From the NCBI GenBank assembly GCA_947594425.1, contig CANQED010000002.1, forward strand, positions 62,364-126,363: a stretch of 64,000 bases of DNA. Direction: 5' to 3'. Shown one piece after another: positions 50,802 through 58,926 of the stretch. The notes under the pieces were generated by a model, which was not told the DNA's origin, did no database searches, and saw only the letters and a program-made list of their open reading frames with translations. Positions within the stretch are counted from its first letter, which is position 1, and every line of letters begins with the position of its first letter. The translations under genes and the position numbers were made by a program. The DNA comes from an uncultured Ruminiclostridium sp. Its GTDB lineage: Bacteria > Bacillota > Clostridia > Oscillospirales > Ruminococcaceae.

Positions 50802-50840
50802 CAAAAACCGCCACACCTTTTGGCGTGGCAGCTTTTGCTT
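50802..50840. terminator. Bidirectional terminator between ykgJ-like (+) and the DUF378 gene (-)
   Basis: acaaaaaCCGCCACaccttttggcGTGGCAGcttttgctt, a hairpin flanked by an A-run and a T-run. Confidence 0.6.
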
Positions 50841-50847
50841 AATGGGA

Positions 50848-51078
50848 TCAGTTATTCGAGCGGTTTGTTTCGCCCGATGTTTCGACCAGCTCGTTGCGCT
50901 TGAAAAACAGCGATATACACCATATCGCCGAGAGCGCGACGATTATATAAAGTATCCTGCTTATAACGTTGTCGCTTCCGCCGAATGCCCAAGCGATAAG
51001 ATCAAACTGAAACAGTCCCACAAGACCCCAGTTTATACCGCCTATAAGCAATATGAAAAGAGCGATCTTATCCATCAT
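50848..51078 (-). CDS. DUF378-family small membrane protein
   Basis: 76 aa with ALFILLIGGINWGLVGLFQFDLIAWAFG, typical of DUF378/YuzA-like proteins. Confidence 0.75.
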   Translation of the reverse strand: MMDKIALFILLIGGINWGLVGLFQFDLIAWAFGGSDNVISRILYIIVALSAIWCISLFFKRNELVETSGETNRSNN

Positions 51079-51278
51079 AGCCTTTTACCTTCTTTCTTTG
51101 TCGCAATTGTTTTTTGCATATCGGACAGCCGTTTTGATAAACTATCCCTATGTATTATGGTCTTTCTTTTACGATTTATTCATCTGTAAAATTTGCATAG
51201 AAAATAAATTTTGAGTTAAAAATATTATTGCAATTTTTACAAAAGAACGGATTTTTTTGAAAAAAGGCAAAAAAGGTG

Positions 51279-51307
51279 TTGACAAATTCTTCGTATTCGT
51301 GTAAAAT
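51279..51307 (+). promoter_or_regulatory. Sigma-70-type promoter of the tRNA cluster
   Basis: TTGACA (51279-51284), 17 nt, TAAAAT (51302-51307). A leader hairpin GTCGGAC-GAGAG-GTCCGAC lies at 51321-51339. Confidence 0.65.
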
Positions 51308-51346
51308 ATAATATTGTCAGGTCGGACGAGAGGTCCGACAAGATGT

Positions 51347-51422
51347 GGAAGTTTAGCTCAGCTGGGAGAGCATCTGCCCTACAAGCAGAGGGTCATAGGT
51401 TCGAGCCCTATAACTTCCACCA
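51347..51422 (+). tRNA. tRNA-Val (anticodon TAC) with C at position 33
   Basis: Hand-folded cloverleaf. Acceptor GGAAGTT/AACTTCC, D arm GCTC..GAGC, anticodon stem TCTGC/GCAGA, loop CCTACAA, T arm ATAGG-TTCGAGC-CCTAT, discriminator A, encoded CCA. Confidence 0.85.
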
Positions 51423-51426
51423 ATAC

Positions 51427-51503
51427 GGCCTGGTAGTTCAGTTGGTTAGAACGCCGCCCTGTCACGGCGGAGGTCGTGGGTTCGAGTCCCATCCAGGTCG
51501 CCA
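51427..51503 (+). tRNA. tRNA-Asp (anticodon GTC)
   Basis: Acceptor GGCCTGG/CCAGGTC, anticodon stem CCGCC/GGCGG, loop CTGTCAC, T arm GTGGG-TTCGAGT-CCCAT, encoded CCA. Confidence 0.9.
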
Positions 51504-51519
51504 TTTTTATGCTTTTTCT

Positions 51520-51595
<76 letters not shown>

Positions 51596-51600
51596 AATAT

Positions 51601-51676
51601 GCGGATTTAGCTCATCCGGTAGAGCGCCACCTTGCCAAGGTGGAGGTAGCGAGTTCGAGCCTCGTAATCCGCTCCA
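51601..51676 (+). tRNA. tRNA-Gly (anticodon GCC)
   Basis: Acceptor GCGGATT/AATCCGC, anticodon stem CCACC/GGTGG, loop TTGCCAA, T arm GCGAG-TTCGAGC-CTCGT, encoded CCA. Confidence 0.9.
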
Positions 51677-51773
51677 TTTGCGTCGTGGAAATATCCGCGG
51701 CGTTTTTATTTTAGCATACGGGAGACGAAAAAAATCACGACCGCAGAGATTTCCCCTGCGGCCGTTTGTGTTG

Positions 51774-53486
51774 TTATTCGTTATTAAATATAATATTATC
51801 GAGCTTCCAGCTGCCGTCTACATACCTTGCTGTGCAGGTCTTATCGTAGTAGAAGAATTCCATGCCGTCCTTAGGCGGGTTATTGTTCTCGACGTCGGCA
51901 TAATGCCAAATAAACGTGCACGTATCCTCCGTGCTCTCGGTTATCTCTATATACGACCGCGCGATAAACGGGTCGCCGCTCCAAATAGGAAATATAGTGG
52001 GGTCGCAGTACATATCGCCGTCTTTCTCGGCAAGCATAGGGAGCGGCTCGGTGATACTGTCGGCAGGAGGATAGCGCTCGGCAAAGAACAGATCGACCGT
52101 ATCGCGGTCATAGGTATCGTACATCAGATCATATATGCTCTGAACGTCCTTAAAGCACGTCGAGGTAAACTGATAATACGTATGCTCCCATAAAAACACG
52201 TCCTCGTCTATATTGTCAAATACCTCCCTATAGCCGTAGACCTTAGACCAGTCGATCTTGATAAGCTTGTCGCCGTGCTGATAAAACGTCTCAAAGCATA
52301 ACCTGTTCTTATCCATAAGCGCGGGGATAGCCTTTGCGGGGTCTTTTTGCGAGGTGTCGGCGTTTATTATCTCATCGAGCTTTAACATTCCCTCCTCGCG
52401 AGAATCGAGCGCTATCCAGCTTTCGGGCACTTTTTCGTCGTCCTTATATACCCTGCCCGCGGGGAACGGCGGCTCCTCGGTGGGGTCTAAATATATATCG
52501 GGCAGTTCGCCGCCGCGGTATAATTTAATAATATCAAAGGTCTTGCCGCTATCGCTTTCCGCAGAAAAATCATCAAGCTTAAATCCCCCGTCCTCTAAGA
52601 GCGAAAGCGTATAGTATAAATAGCACCTGTCGATTTTTCCCTCCGATTCGGTCATATCGCAAAGCACCTTTATATATGCCTTACCCTCCCTCTCATAATA
52701 ATCCTTGACATAAAGCCGTGGCTCGTCATTGAACGGCTCGGTGCCGTCGCCCACATAGCAAAATCTGTATACCGCCGAGTCTTTCTCCCACATATACCGC
52801 GACATACCGTAACGCTCGTCTATCTTGCTTATAAACTCGTCGGTAAAATATTTTGAGCGCTCGGCTGTCAGCTTTTCGATAGTATTTACCGCCGAGCCGG
52901 TGTACCTTATCACCGTATAAGCGTCATCACTTTGTCCGCTTTCTTCCTCGAATTTTTTAAGAATATCCTCGGGTATCTCTTCCGCGCCCAAAAGCATACG
53001 CTGAAATTCGTACTCGGTGTCCTTATACAAAAGGGGTATATTCTCTATCTCATAGCTTTCGTTGAAGAATACAAACGCCGCCTCGGTGTAATTGTCGCAA
53101 AGATCGATCATCACCTGCTTTTGCGAGTTGTTAAGCTTGATAGAAGCGAGTGTGTCGGTATCGGCGGGGGTAGTGACCGAGCTGTCGGCCGAATTAGAAG
53201 GTTCGATATAGTCGGGCGCGCTGTCGCTTGTCTCATAAGCGGTGTTTCCCACGCCCGAGGTATCGCTGTCGGTAAACTGCACACCGATACCGCCGTGCAG
53301 GGCGTTTATTACCGATATTACAGCCGTTGCGAGCACAGCCGCCGCGCATACCGACGCTAAGGATAATATTATATGCTTTCTGCGTACTTTCTTCTTATCC
53401 TGCTCGGTGATAAAGCCTATCAATTCGTCGGTGTAGCTCTCGTCTATGCCGTCTAACGCTTTAATGAGATATTCCTTGTCCGTCAT
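51774..53486 (-). CDS. Putative anti-sigma factor: single-pass membrane protein with a large extracytoplasmic domain
   Basis: 570 aa with a short cytoplasmic N-terminus, one TM (ILSLASVCAAAVLATAVISVI) and an ectodomain of about 480 aa of unknown fold. The start forms an ATGA overlap with the sigma gene stop. Confidence 0.6.
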   Translation of the reverse strand: MTDKEYLIKALDGIDESYTDELIGFITEQDKKKVRRKHIILSLASVCAAAVLATAVISVINALHGGIGVQFTDSDTSGVGNTAYETSDSAPDYIEPSNSADSSVTTPADTDTLASIKLNNSQKQVMIDLCDNYTEAAFVFFNESYEIENIPLLYKDTEYEFQRMLLGAEEIPEDILKKFEEESGQSDDAYTVIRYTGSAVNTIEKLTAERSKYFTDEFISKIDERYGMSRYMWEKDSAVYRFCYVGDGTEPFNDEPRLYVKDYYEREGKAYIKVLCDMTESEGKIDRCYLYYTLSLLEDGGFKLDDFSAESDSGKTFDIIKLYRGGELPDIYLDPTEEPPFPAGRVYKDDEKVPESWIALDSREEGMLKLDEIINADTSQKDPAKAIPALMDKNRLCFETFYQHGDKLIKIDWSKVYGYREVFDNIDEDVFLWEHTYYQFTSTCFKDVQSIYDLMYDTYDRDTVDLFFAERYPPADSITEPLPMLAEKDGDMYCDPTIFPIWSGDPFIARSYIEITESTEDTCTFIWHYADVENNNPPKDGMEFFYYDKTCTARYVDGSWKLDNIIFNNE

Positions 53487-54037
53487 AATAATCCCTCCTT
53501 AATAAGCTGTTCCTTTAGCTTTTCTCTAAGCCTTGATAATCTTACAGACGCCGCGTTCGGCGTAATGCCGAGCAGCCTCGCCGCGTCGGATATGCTGTAC
53601 CCGCCCCAGTATCTTAACATAAACAGCAGGCGGCTGTCCTTATTAAGCTCGGCGAGAAAGGCGTTTATCGCCGCCGAAAGCTCCCGCGCGTCGAGCTCAT
53701 CCTCGGTACGCACCTTTGACGGCACGCACTCCGACAACTCGTCGAGCGAGGTGTCGTATTCGCTGTTTCTTACTGCGGCGGTGTTTTTACGATAGCGCGA
53801 CAAAGACTTATTGCGCGCTATCCTCCCGACATATGCCGAAAGGCGGGTAGGGCTCTCGGGCGGTATGCTGTTCCACACGCTTAGATACGTATCGTTTACG
53901 CACTCCTCCGCGTCCTCGCGGCTTTTCAGCACGTTGTACGCTATACTGCGGCACAGCGAGCCGTATTTTTTATTAAGCGCCGCGACCGCCTCCTCGCTCC
54001 TGTCGAAAAACAGCTTGATTATATCCTTATCCTCCAT
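53483..54037 (-). CDS. ECF-type sigma-70 family RNA polymerase sigma factor
   Basis: Region 2 (DAEECVNDTYLSVWNSIP) and a region 4 HTH (YSISDAARLLGITPNAASVRLSRLREKL). The start is set at ATG 54037 (MEDKDIIKLFF). Confidence 0.85.
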   Translation of the reverse strand: MEDKDIIKLFFDRSEEAVAALNKKYGSLCRSIAYNVLKSREDAEECVNDTYLSVWNSIPPESPTRLSAYVGRIARNKSLSRYRKNTAAVRNSEYDTSLDELSECVPSKVRTEDELDARELSAAINAFLAELNKDSRLLFMLRYWGGYSISDAARLLGITPNAASVRLSRLREKLKEQLIKEGLL

Positions 54038-54098
54038 TCGTATCACCGTCCTTATCGCTGTATTTCCCCTCATATATGTAGACGCAAATTATGTCTTA

Positions 54099-54127
54099 AT
54101 CTTACATTATGTCTTGCAAAAAGTCAA
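54099..54127 (-). promoter_or_regulatory. Candidate promoter of the sigma/anti-sigma operon
   Basis: Minus strand reads TTGACT (54127-54122), 17 nt, TAAGAT (54104-54099). It is overlapped by the 12-mer CTTACATTATGT. Confidence 0.45.
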
Positions 54128-54163
54128 CTTCGCGGCGATATTCTTTCAATTCGCGCGGAGATA

Positions 54164-54192
54164 TTGAAAAATCCTAATAGATGTGGTATACT
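54164..54192 (+). promoter_or_regulatory. Candidate promoter of the PP2C-HATPase gene
   Basis: TTGAAA (54164-54169), 17 nt, TATACT (54187-54192). It is overlapped by a second copy of CTTACATTATGT. Confidence 0.5.
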
Positions 54193-54226
54193 TACATTAT
54201 GTAATATTACTTACAGGAGGCATATT

Positions 54227-57061
54227 ATGATATTCAGGCTTATACTTACCGCATTGTATAACGCTATTCTTGCGGTGGGGATATATGTGATAGACAAAAA
54301 GACCCCGTTCGGCAAATTGCCCGAGATGAAAAAGCAATTCTTTATCGGCATACTGTTCGGGCTTATGGCGTCCTTTGCGAGCCTGCCTGTAGGCGGGGTG
54401 GATATAGGCGACGGCACGATAATGAACGTGCGCGACGCGGCGCCGCTTTGCGCGGGGCTGATATTCGGCTCGCCCGCGGGAGTTATCGCGGGACTTATCG
54501 GCGGCGTGTTCAGGTACGTGTCGGCGTTTTTCGGCTTTACGGGGACGTACACGCAGGTAGCCTGCTCGGTATCGACCGTGCTTGCGGGACTTATCGCGGC
54601 GGGGCTGAGAAAGTTTATGTTCGACGACAAAAAGCCCGGCTGGGGGTACGGTATCGGTATAGGCATGATCTGCGAGGTCATACATATGCTTATGATATTC
54701 TTCACTAACGCCAACGACCCCGAGACAGCGTTCGGCTTTGTCAAGGTATGCTCGCTTCCTATGATGCTGTGCAACGGCTTTTCGGTGGGCGCGGCGGTGT
54801 TTGTTATCTCTATTTTAAGCTCTGGCAGAGTGATAAAGAAAAGGGATACTAAGCATATCTCCCGCACCTTTCAGATGTGGCTGCTGCTGTGCATAGTGGT
54901 AGCCTACGCGATAACGGGGACATATACTTATGTACTGCAAAGTGAGATGTCCTATAACGACACCTCATCGGTGATAATCACCAATATAGACGACGTGGCG
55001 CAGGACATAACCGATACCTCGGACGAAAATCTTCTTACTAAGGCGCAGCAGATAAAGACCGAGTACACCTCGGTATTTGATAAGAGCAAACAGTATCTCC
55101 AAAATTTGGCGGGGAAATACGGCGTAGCGGAAATCTCCGTCATAGATAATAACGGCATTATCACAAATTCGACCGTAGACGATTATATCGGCTTTGATAT
55201 GAGCAGCGGCGAGCAATCCAAGGAATTTATAGACCACTTTAACGCGGGGGATGAATACTTTATACAAGAGTACCGTCCGCAGTCCTTTGACTCCGAGGTA
55301 TGGATGAAGTACGGTGCGGTGGCGCTAGACGACGGCGAATTTTTACAGGTGTGCTATGACTCGGCGGAATTTACCGCCGACATTAACAGCACAGTCGCAA
55401 AGATAGCGAAGAACCGCCATATAGGAAATGACGGCTTTGTACTGATATGCACCGAAAACGGCGACGTGGTGAGCGAGGGCGGCCTCTACAGCGGCAAGAA
55501 CCTCTCCGATGTGGGCGAAATAATGACCACCTCTGACAACGCCGAGGACAGCATATTCAATATGAAGCTTGACGGCAAGGATTATATGTGCGCATACGAA
55601 TACGCCGAGGGCTATTTTATCGTAGGCGCGATACCTAAGGACGAGGCGCTGTTTATGCGGGATGTTTCGGTATATCTAAGCTCGTTTATGGAGCTTATCA
55701 TATTCGCGATACTGTTCTTGCTTGTATACTTCCTTATCAAAAAGATAGTTATAGACAATCTTACTAAGGTAAACGCGGCGCTCTCGCAGATAACCGACGG
55801 CAATCTTAATGTAAAGGTCGAGGTCCGCGCAAATGAAGAATTTGCCTCGCTGTCCGACGATATAAATATGACGGTGACGACGCTAAAGCGCTATATCGCC
55901 GAGGCGGCGGCGAGGATAGACGCCGAGCTCGAATTTGCAAAGCAGATACAGCATTCCGCGCTGCCGTCGGTATTTCCTCCCTACCCTAACAGAAATGATT
56001 TTGACATATACGCGCATATGATAACGGCAAAAGAAGTCGGCGGAGATTTTTACGACTTTTATCTGCTGGACGAGAACACCGTGGCTTTTCTTATAGCGGA
56101 CGTATCGGGTAAGGGCATACCCGCCGCGATGTTTATGATGAAAGCGAAGACGATAATCAAAGACCTCGCCGAGAGCGGGCGCGAGGTAAACGACATATTC
56201 ACCGAGGCTAACGCAAAGCTCTGCGAGAACAACGAGGCGGGTATGTTCGTCACCGCGTGGATGGCTATCGTCGACCTTAAGACGGGGCTAATGAGCGTCG
56301 CGAACGCGGGACACAATCCCCCCGTTATACGCCGCGCCGACGGCAAATTTGCCTACGAAAAAATGAGAGCGGGCTTTGTGCTCGCGGGCATGGAGGGCAT
56401 TAAGTACAAAAAGACCGAGATACAGCTTTATCCCGGCGACCGCATATTCCTCTACACCGACGGCGTGACCGAGGCTACCGACGCAAACGAGCAGCTTTAC
56501 GGCGAGGACAGACTGCTTAATATACTCAATTCGCTTGACGGAAACGCCGATGTAAAGACCGTCTGCGAGGAGGTACAGCGCGACGTGGACGGCTTTGTCG
56601 ACGAGGCGCCGCAGTTCGACGACATCACGATGGTAAGCTTTAAGCTTAATTACATCATAAGCGATCAGAAGATAGTATTTATCCCGAGCCGGGACGCGGC
56701 GCAGGCGGTCGCGGAGTTCTCCTCCCGCCTTACCTCAAAGCTTGACGCTCTGCCCAAAATATCAAGCAAGGTAAGCATAGCGATAGACGAGATAGCGTCT
56801 AATATCATAAACTACAGCGGCGCATCCATAGCGGAGATATCCTGCACGATAGAAAACAGTATGCTCACACTCCGCTTTGAAGATAACGGCAGAGAATACG
56901 ACCCGACCACAGCCGAGGACCCCGACATCACCCTCTCCGCCGAAGAACGCAGCATAGGCGGCTTAGGCATATTTATGGTAAAGAAAATGGCGGAGAGCAT
57001 GGAGCACACCTACCTCGACGGCAAGAACAAGCTTACGATAGTGATGAAGTTAGCGCCGTGA
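54227..57061 (+). CDS. Membrane sensor phosphatase: 5TM LytS/YhcK-type domain, extracytoplasmic domain, HAMP, SpoIIE/PP2C phosphatase and a C-terminal RsbW/SpoIIAB-like HATPase
   Basis: ATG 54227 follows AGGAGG. 5TMR-LYT motif MNVRDAAPLCAGLIFGSPAGVIAG. HAMP segment LSQITDGNLNVKVEVRANEEFASLSDDIN. PP2C segment EVGGDFYDF...IADVSGKGIPAAMFM...LYTDGVTEA. HATPase segment AIDEIASNIINYS...GGLGIFMVKKMAE. Confidence 0.85.
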   Translation: MIFRLILTALYNAILAVGIYVIDKKTPFGKLPEMKKQFFIGILFGLMASFASLPVGGVDIGDGTIMNVRDAAPLCAGLIFGSPAGVIAGLIGGVFRYVSAFFGFTGTYTQVACSVSTVLAGLIAAGLRKFMFDDKKPGWGYGIGIGMICEVIHMLMIFFTNANDPETAFGFVKVCSLPMMLCNGFSVGAAVFVISILSSGRVIKKRDTKHISRTFQMWLLLCIVVAYAITGTYTYVLQSEMSYNDTSSVIITNIDDVAQDITDTSDENLLTKAQQIKTEYTSVFDKSKQYLQNLAGKYGVAEISVIDNNGIITNSTVDDYIGFDMSSGEQSKEFIDHFNAGDEYFIQEYRPQSFDSEVWMKYGAVALDDGEFLQVCYDSAEFTADINSTVAKIAKNRHIGNDGFVLICTENGDVVSEGGLYSGKNLSDVGEIMTTSDNAEDSIFNMKLDGKDYMCAYEYAEGYFIVGAIPKDEALFMRDVSVYLSSFMELIIFAILFLLVYFLIKKIVIDNLTKVNAALSQITDGNLNVKVEVRANEEFASLSDDINMTVTTLKRYIAEAAARIDAELEFAKQIQHSALPSVFPPYPNRNDFDIYAHMITAKEVGGDFYDFYLLDENTVAFLIADVSGKGIPAAMFMMKAKTIIKDLAESGREVNDIFTEANAKLCENNEAGMFVTAWMAIVDLKTGLMSVANAGHNPPVIRRADGKFAYEKMRAGFVLAGMEGIKYKKTEIQLYPGDRIFLYTDGVTEATDANEQLYGEDRLLNILNSLDGNADVKTVCEEVQRDVDGFVDEAPQFDDITMVSFKLNYIISDQKIVFIPSRDAAQAVAEFSSRLTSKLDALPKISSKVSIAIDEIASNIINYSGASIAEISCTIENSMLTLRFEDNGREYDPTTAEDPDITLSAEERSIGGLGIFMVKKMAESMEHTYLDGKNKLTIVMKLAP

Positions 57062-57066
57062 GAGAG

Positions 57067-57150
57067 GGTGGAAAAGCCTAAGGCTCCGCGCGTTTTGCGG
57101 CGCTGTATAATGCAAAAAATAACCGTGGACTGAAATCAGCCCACGGTTAT
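57067..57150. repeat. Dispersed double-hairpin intergenic repeat, copy 3
   Basis: gggtggaaaagcctaaggctccgcgcgtttt...aatgcaaaaaataaccgtggactgaaatcagcccacggtta. Confidence 0.7.
57113..57150. terminator. Bidirectional terminator between the PP2C gene (+) and gene D (-)
   Basis: AAAAAA-TAACCGTGG-actgaaatcagc-CCACGGTTA-TTTGTGTTTATTT, with U-tracts available on both strands. Confidence 0.75.
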
Positions 57151-57201
57151 TTGTGTTTATTTAGTTTTAGCGGTTATGTAAACCGAGCCGATTTTCAATT
57201 A

Positions 57202-58704
57202 TCATCGTCTGCCCGTGCCGCCGCAGGTCTTGCAGCGTCCGCCGTTGCAATATTGACACGTCCTGCTTCCGTGGCAGCCTTGGCAGTCTACCCAGCCGCT
57301 GCCGCCCATACCGTAGGTAGGCACGCTCATTCCGCCTCTGCCGTGGCATACCTGGCAAAGGTTGGTGCCATGGCACATATTGCACAGTCCCGTGCCGCCG
57401 CATACTAAGCAGGTCTGTATCATCGGCAGACCCGAGCTTCCCGAACCGGAACCGCCGGAGCTGCCGCCGGAGCTGCCGGAACCCGAGCTGCCCGAACCGC
57501 TGCTCGTGGTGGGCTTTGTACCCTTTCCGTCACAAGCAAAGCACTTGCCGTCCTCACAGTACGGGCAAATGCCTGTGCCGCTGCAGTTGGGGCACAAAAG
57601 GAATGTCCCGTAAGACCATACTCCGCCTTCTCCGAAGCACACACTGCATTTGGCAGTGCCCGAGCATAAAGTACACTTTCCATCGCCCTTGCAGATAGTG
57701 CAAGTTTCGTAAACAGTGGTCGTTGAACTGCCGGTCGTGCTGCCGGTGACAGTCTTATACCCGCTGTACAGCGCGGTGCTGCCGCTCATCTTGTACGCCT
57801 TAACGCGGAACGAATATGACGTGCCCGCATTAAGCCCGGCTTTTCTAAATTCGACGGTGGAGTTCTTAGTTATCTTGCCTACTCTCGTCCAAGTGCTGCC
57901 GCTCTTCATTTCGATGATGTAGCCGTCGGCCGAGGTGTTCTTCGTCCACGCAATGCGCAGAGCGTTATTAGCCTTACCTTTGACCTTAAGTCCGCTTATC
58001 GCGCTCGGGTTAGTGCGCGCGGAAATGGTCGTGTACCCGCTGTAGAGCGCGGTGCTGCCGCTCATCTTGTACGCTTTAACGCGGAAAGAGTATGCGGTAC
58101 CGGCCTTAAGCCCCGCTTTTCTAAACTCGACGGTGGTATTTTTGGTTATCTTGCCTACGCGCACCCACTTGCTGCCGCTCTTCATCTCAACGATATAACC
58201 GTCGGCCGAGGTGTTCTTCGTCCACGCAATGCGCAGAGCGTCGGCCGCGCGTCCCTTTAGCTTAAGTCCGCTTATCGCGCTGGGGTTAGTGCGCGCGGAT
58301 ATGGTAGTGTACCCGCTGTACAGCGCGGTGCTGCCGCTCATCTTGTACGCTTTAACGCGGAAAGAGTACGCTGTACCGGCCTTAAGCCCCGTCTTTCTGA
58401 ACTCAACGGTGGTGTTTTTGGTTATCTTTCCTACTCTCGTCCAAGTGCTGCCACTCTTCATCTCGATTATGTAGCCGTCGGCCGAGGTGTTCTTGTTCCA
58501 CCCAATGCGCAGAGCGTTGACAGCACGGCCTTTAAGCTTTAAGCCGCTTACCGCCGTGGGCTTCGAGGTGGTCGCGATGGCCATTATCCCGCTGTTAGCC
58601 GCAGCTTTCGCGCCGCCGTCAAAGACTGTATCCGCCCCCGCGCCGACGCTGACTACACACATCACAACGGACATCAGCGCCGCGATTATCTTCTTAAATC
58701 GCAT
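57202..58704 (-). CDS. Secreted protein: N-terminal triple FN3 module followed by two Gly/Ser-linked blocks of six CxxC (DnaJ-like CxxCxGxG) motifs (family member D)
   Basis: Signal peptide MRFKKIIAALMSVVMCVVSVGAGA and three near-identical 92-aa FN3 units. CTICKGDGKCTLCSGTAKCSVCFGEGG...CPNCSGTGICPYCEDGKCFACDGKG follows, then a GS-linker. The protein ends CLVCGGTGLCNMCHGTNLCQVCHGRGG...CQGCHGSRTCQYCNGGRCKTCGGTG. Confidence 0.85.
   Translation of the reverse strand: MRFKKIIAALMSVVMCVVSVGAGADTVFDGGAKAAANSGIMAIATTSKPTAVSGLKLKGRAVNALRIGWNKNTSADGYIIEMKSGSTWTRVGKITKNTTVEFRKTGLKAGTAYSFRVKAYKMSGSTALYSGYTTISARTNPSAISGLKLKGRAADALRIAWTKNTSADGYIVEMKSGSKWVRVGKITKNTTVEFRKAGLKAGTAYSFRVKAYKMSGSTALYSGYTTISARTNPSAISGLKVKGKANNALRIAWTKNTSADGYIIEMKSGSTWTRVGKITKNSTVEFRKAGLNAGTSYSFRVKAYKMSGSTALYSGYKTVTGSTTGSSTTTVYETCTICKGDGKCTLCSGTAKCSVCFGEGGVWSYGTFLLCPNCSGTGICPYCEDGKCFACDGKGTKPTTSSGSGSSGSGSSGGSSGGSGSGSSGLPMIQTCLVCGGTGLCNMCHGTNLCQVCHGRGGMSVPTYGMGGSGWVDCQGCHGSRTCQYCNGGRCKTCGGTGRR
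57745..58572 (-). repeat. Three tandem 276-nt coding repeats (FN3 units) in gene D
   Basis: The string acccgctgta recurs at 57759, 58035 and 58311, an exact 276-nt period. Long near-identical flanks surround each occurrence. Confidence 0.85.
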
Positions 58705-58788
58705 AATGCATCCTCCATTCTGCCATTATTTGGCATAAAATTTCACGCTTGCGGCATCTTTCCGCCGCATCTCAATCTTTACATTATA

Positions 58789-58817
58789 ATATTAGCACAA
58801 CTTGCTAAAATTGTCAA
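58789..58817 (-). promoter_or_regulatory. Sigma-70-type promoter of gene D
   Basis: Minus strand reads TTGACA (58817-58812), 17 nt, TAATAT (58794-58789). Confidence 0.6.
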
Positions 58818-58840
58818 GGGTATGCAATGTATGATATTTG

Positions 58841-58926
58841 CTTTTTGGGGAAATCCTAAGGCACTGCGCCATATATTAAGTTCTATACTGCGAAAATAAG
58901 CAGTGGACAAATTAGCCGCCGTTATT
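58841..58926. repeat. Dispersed double-hairpin intergenic repeat, copy 4 (degenerate; overlaps the permease stop codon)
   Basis: ctttttggggaaatcctaaggcactgcgcc...atactgcgaaaataagcagtggacaaattagccgccgttatt. Confidence 0.6.

Noticed and set aside
57745-58572. Regular tandem repeats that might be mistaken for a CRISPR-like array. The LRR repeats at about 18000-18400 raise the same question.
   Set aside because: The period is 276 nt (69 nt for the LRRs). The repeats are in-frame and coding, with no unique spacers and no cas genes.
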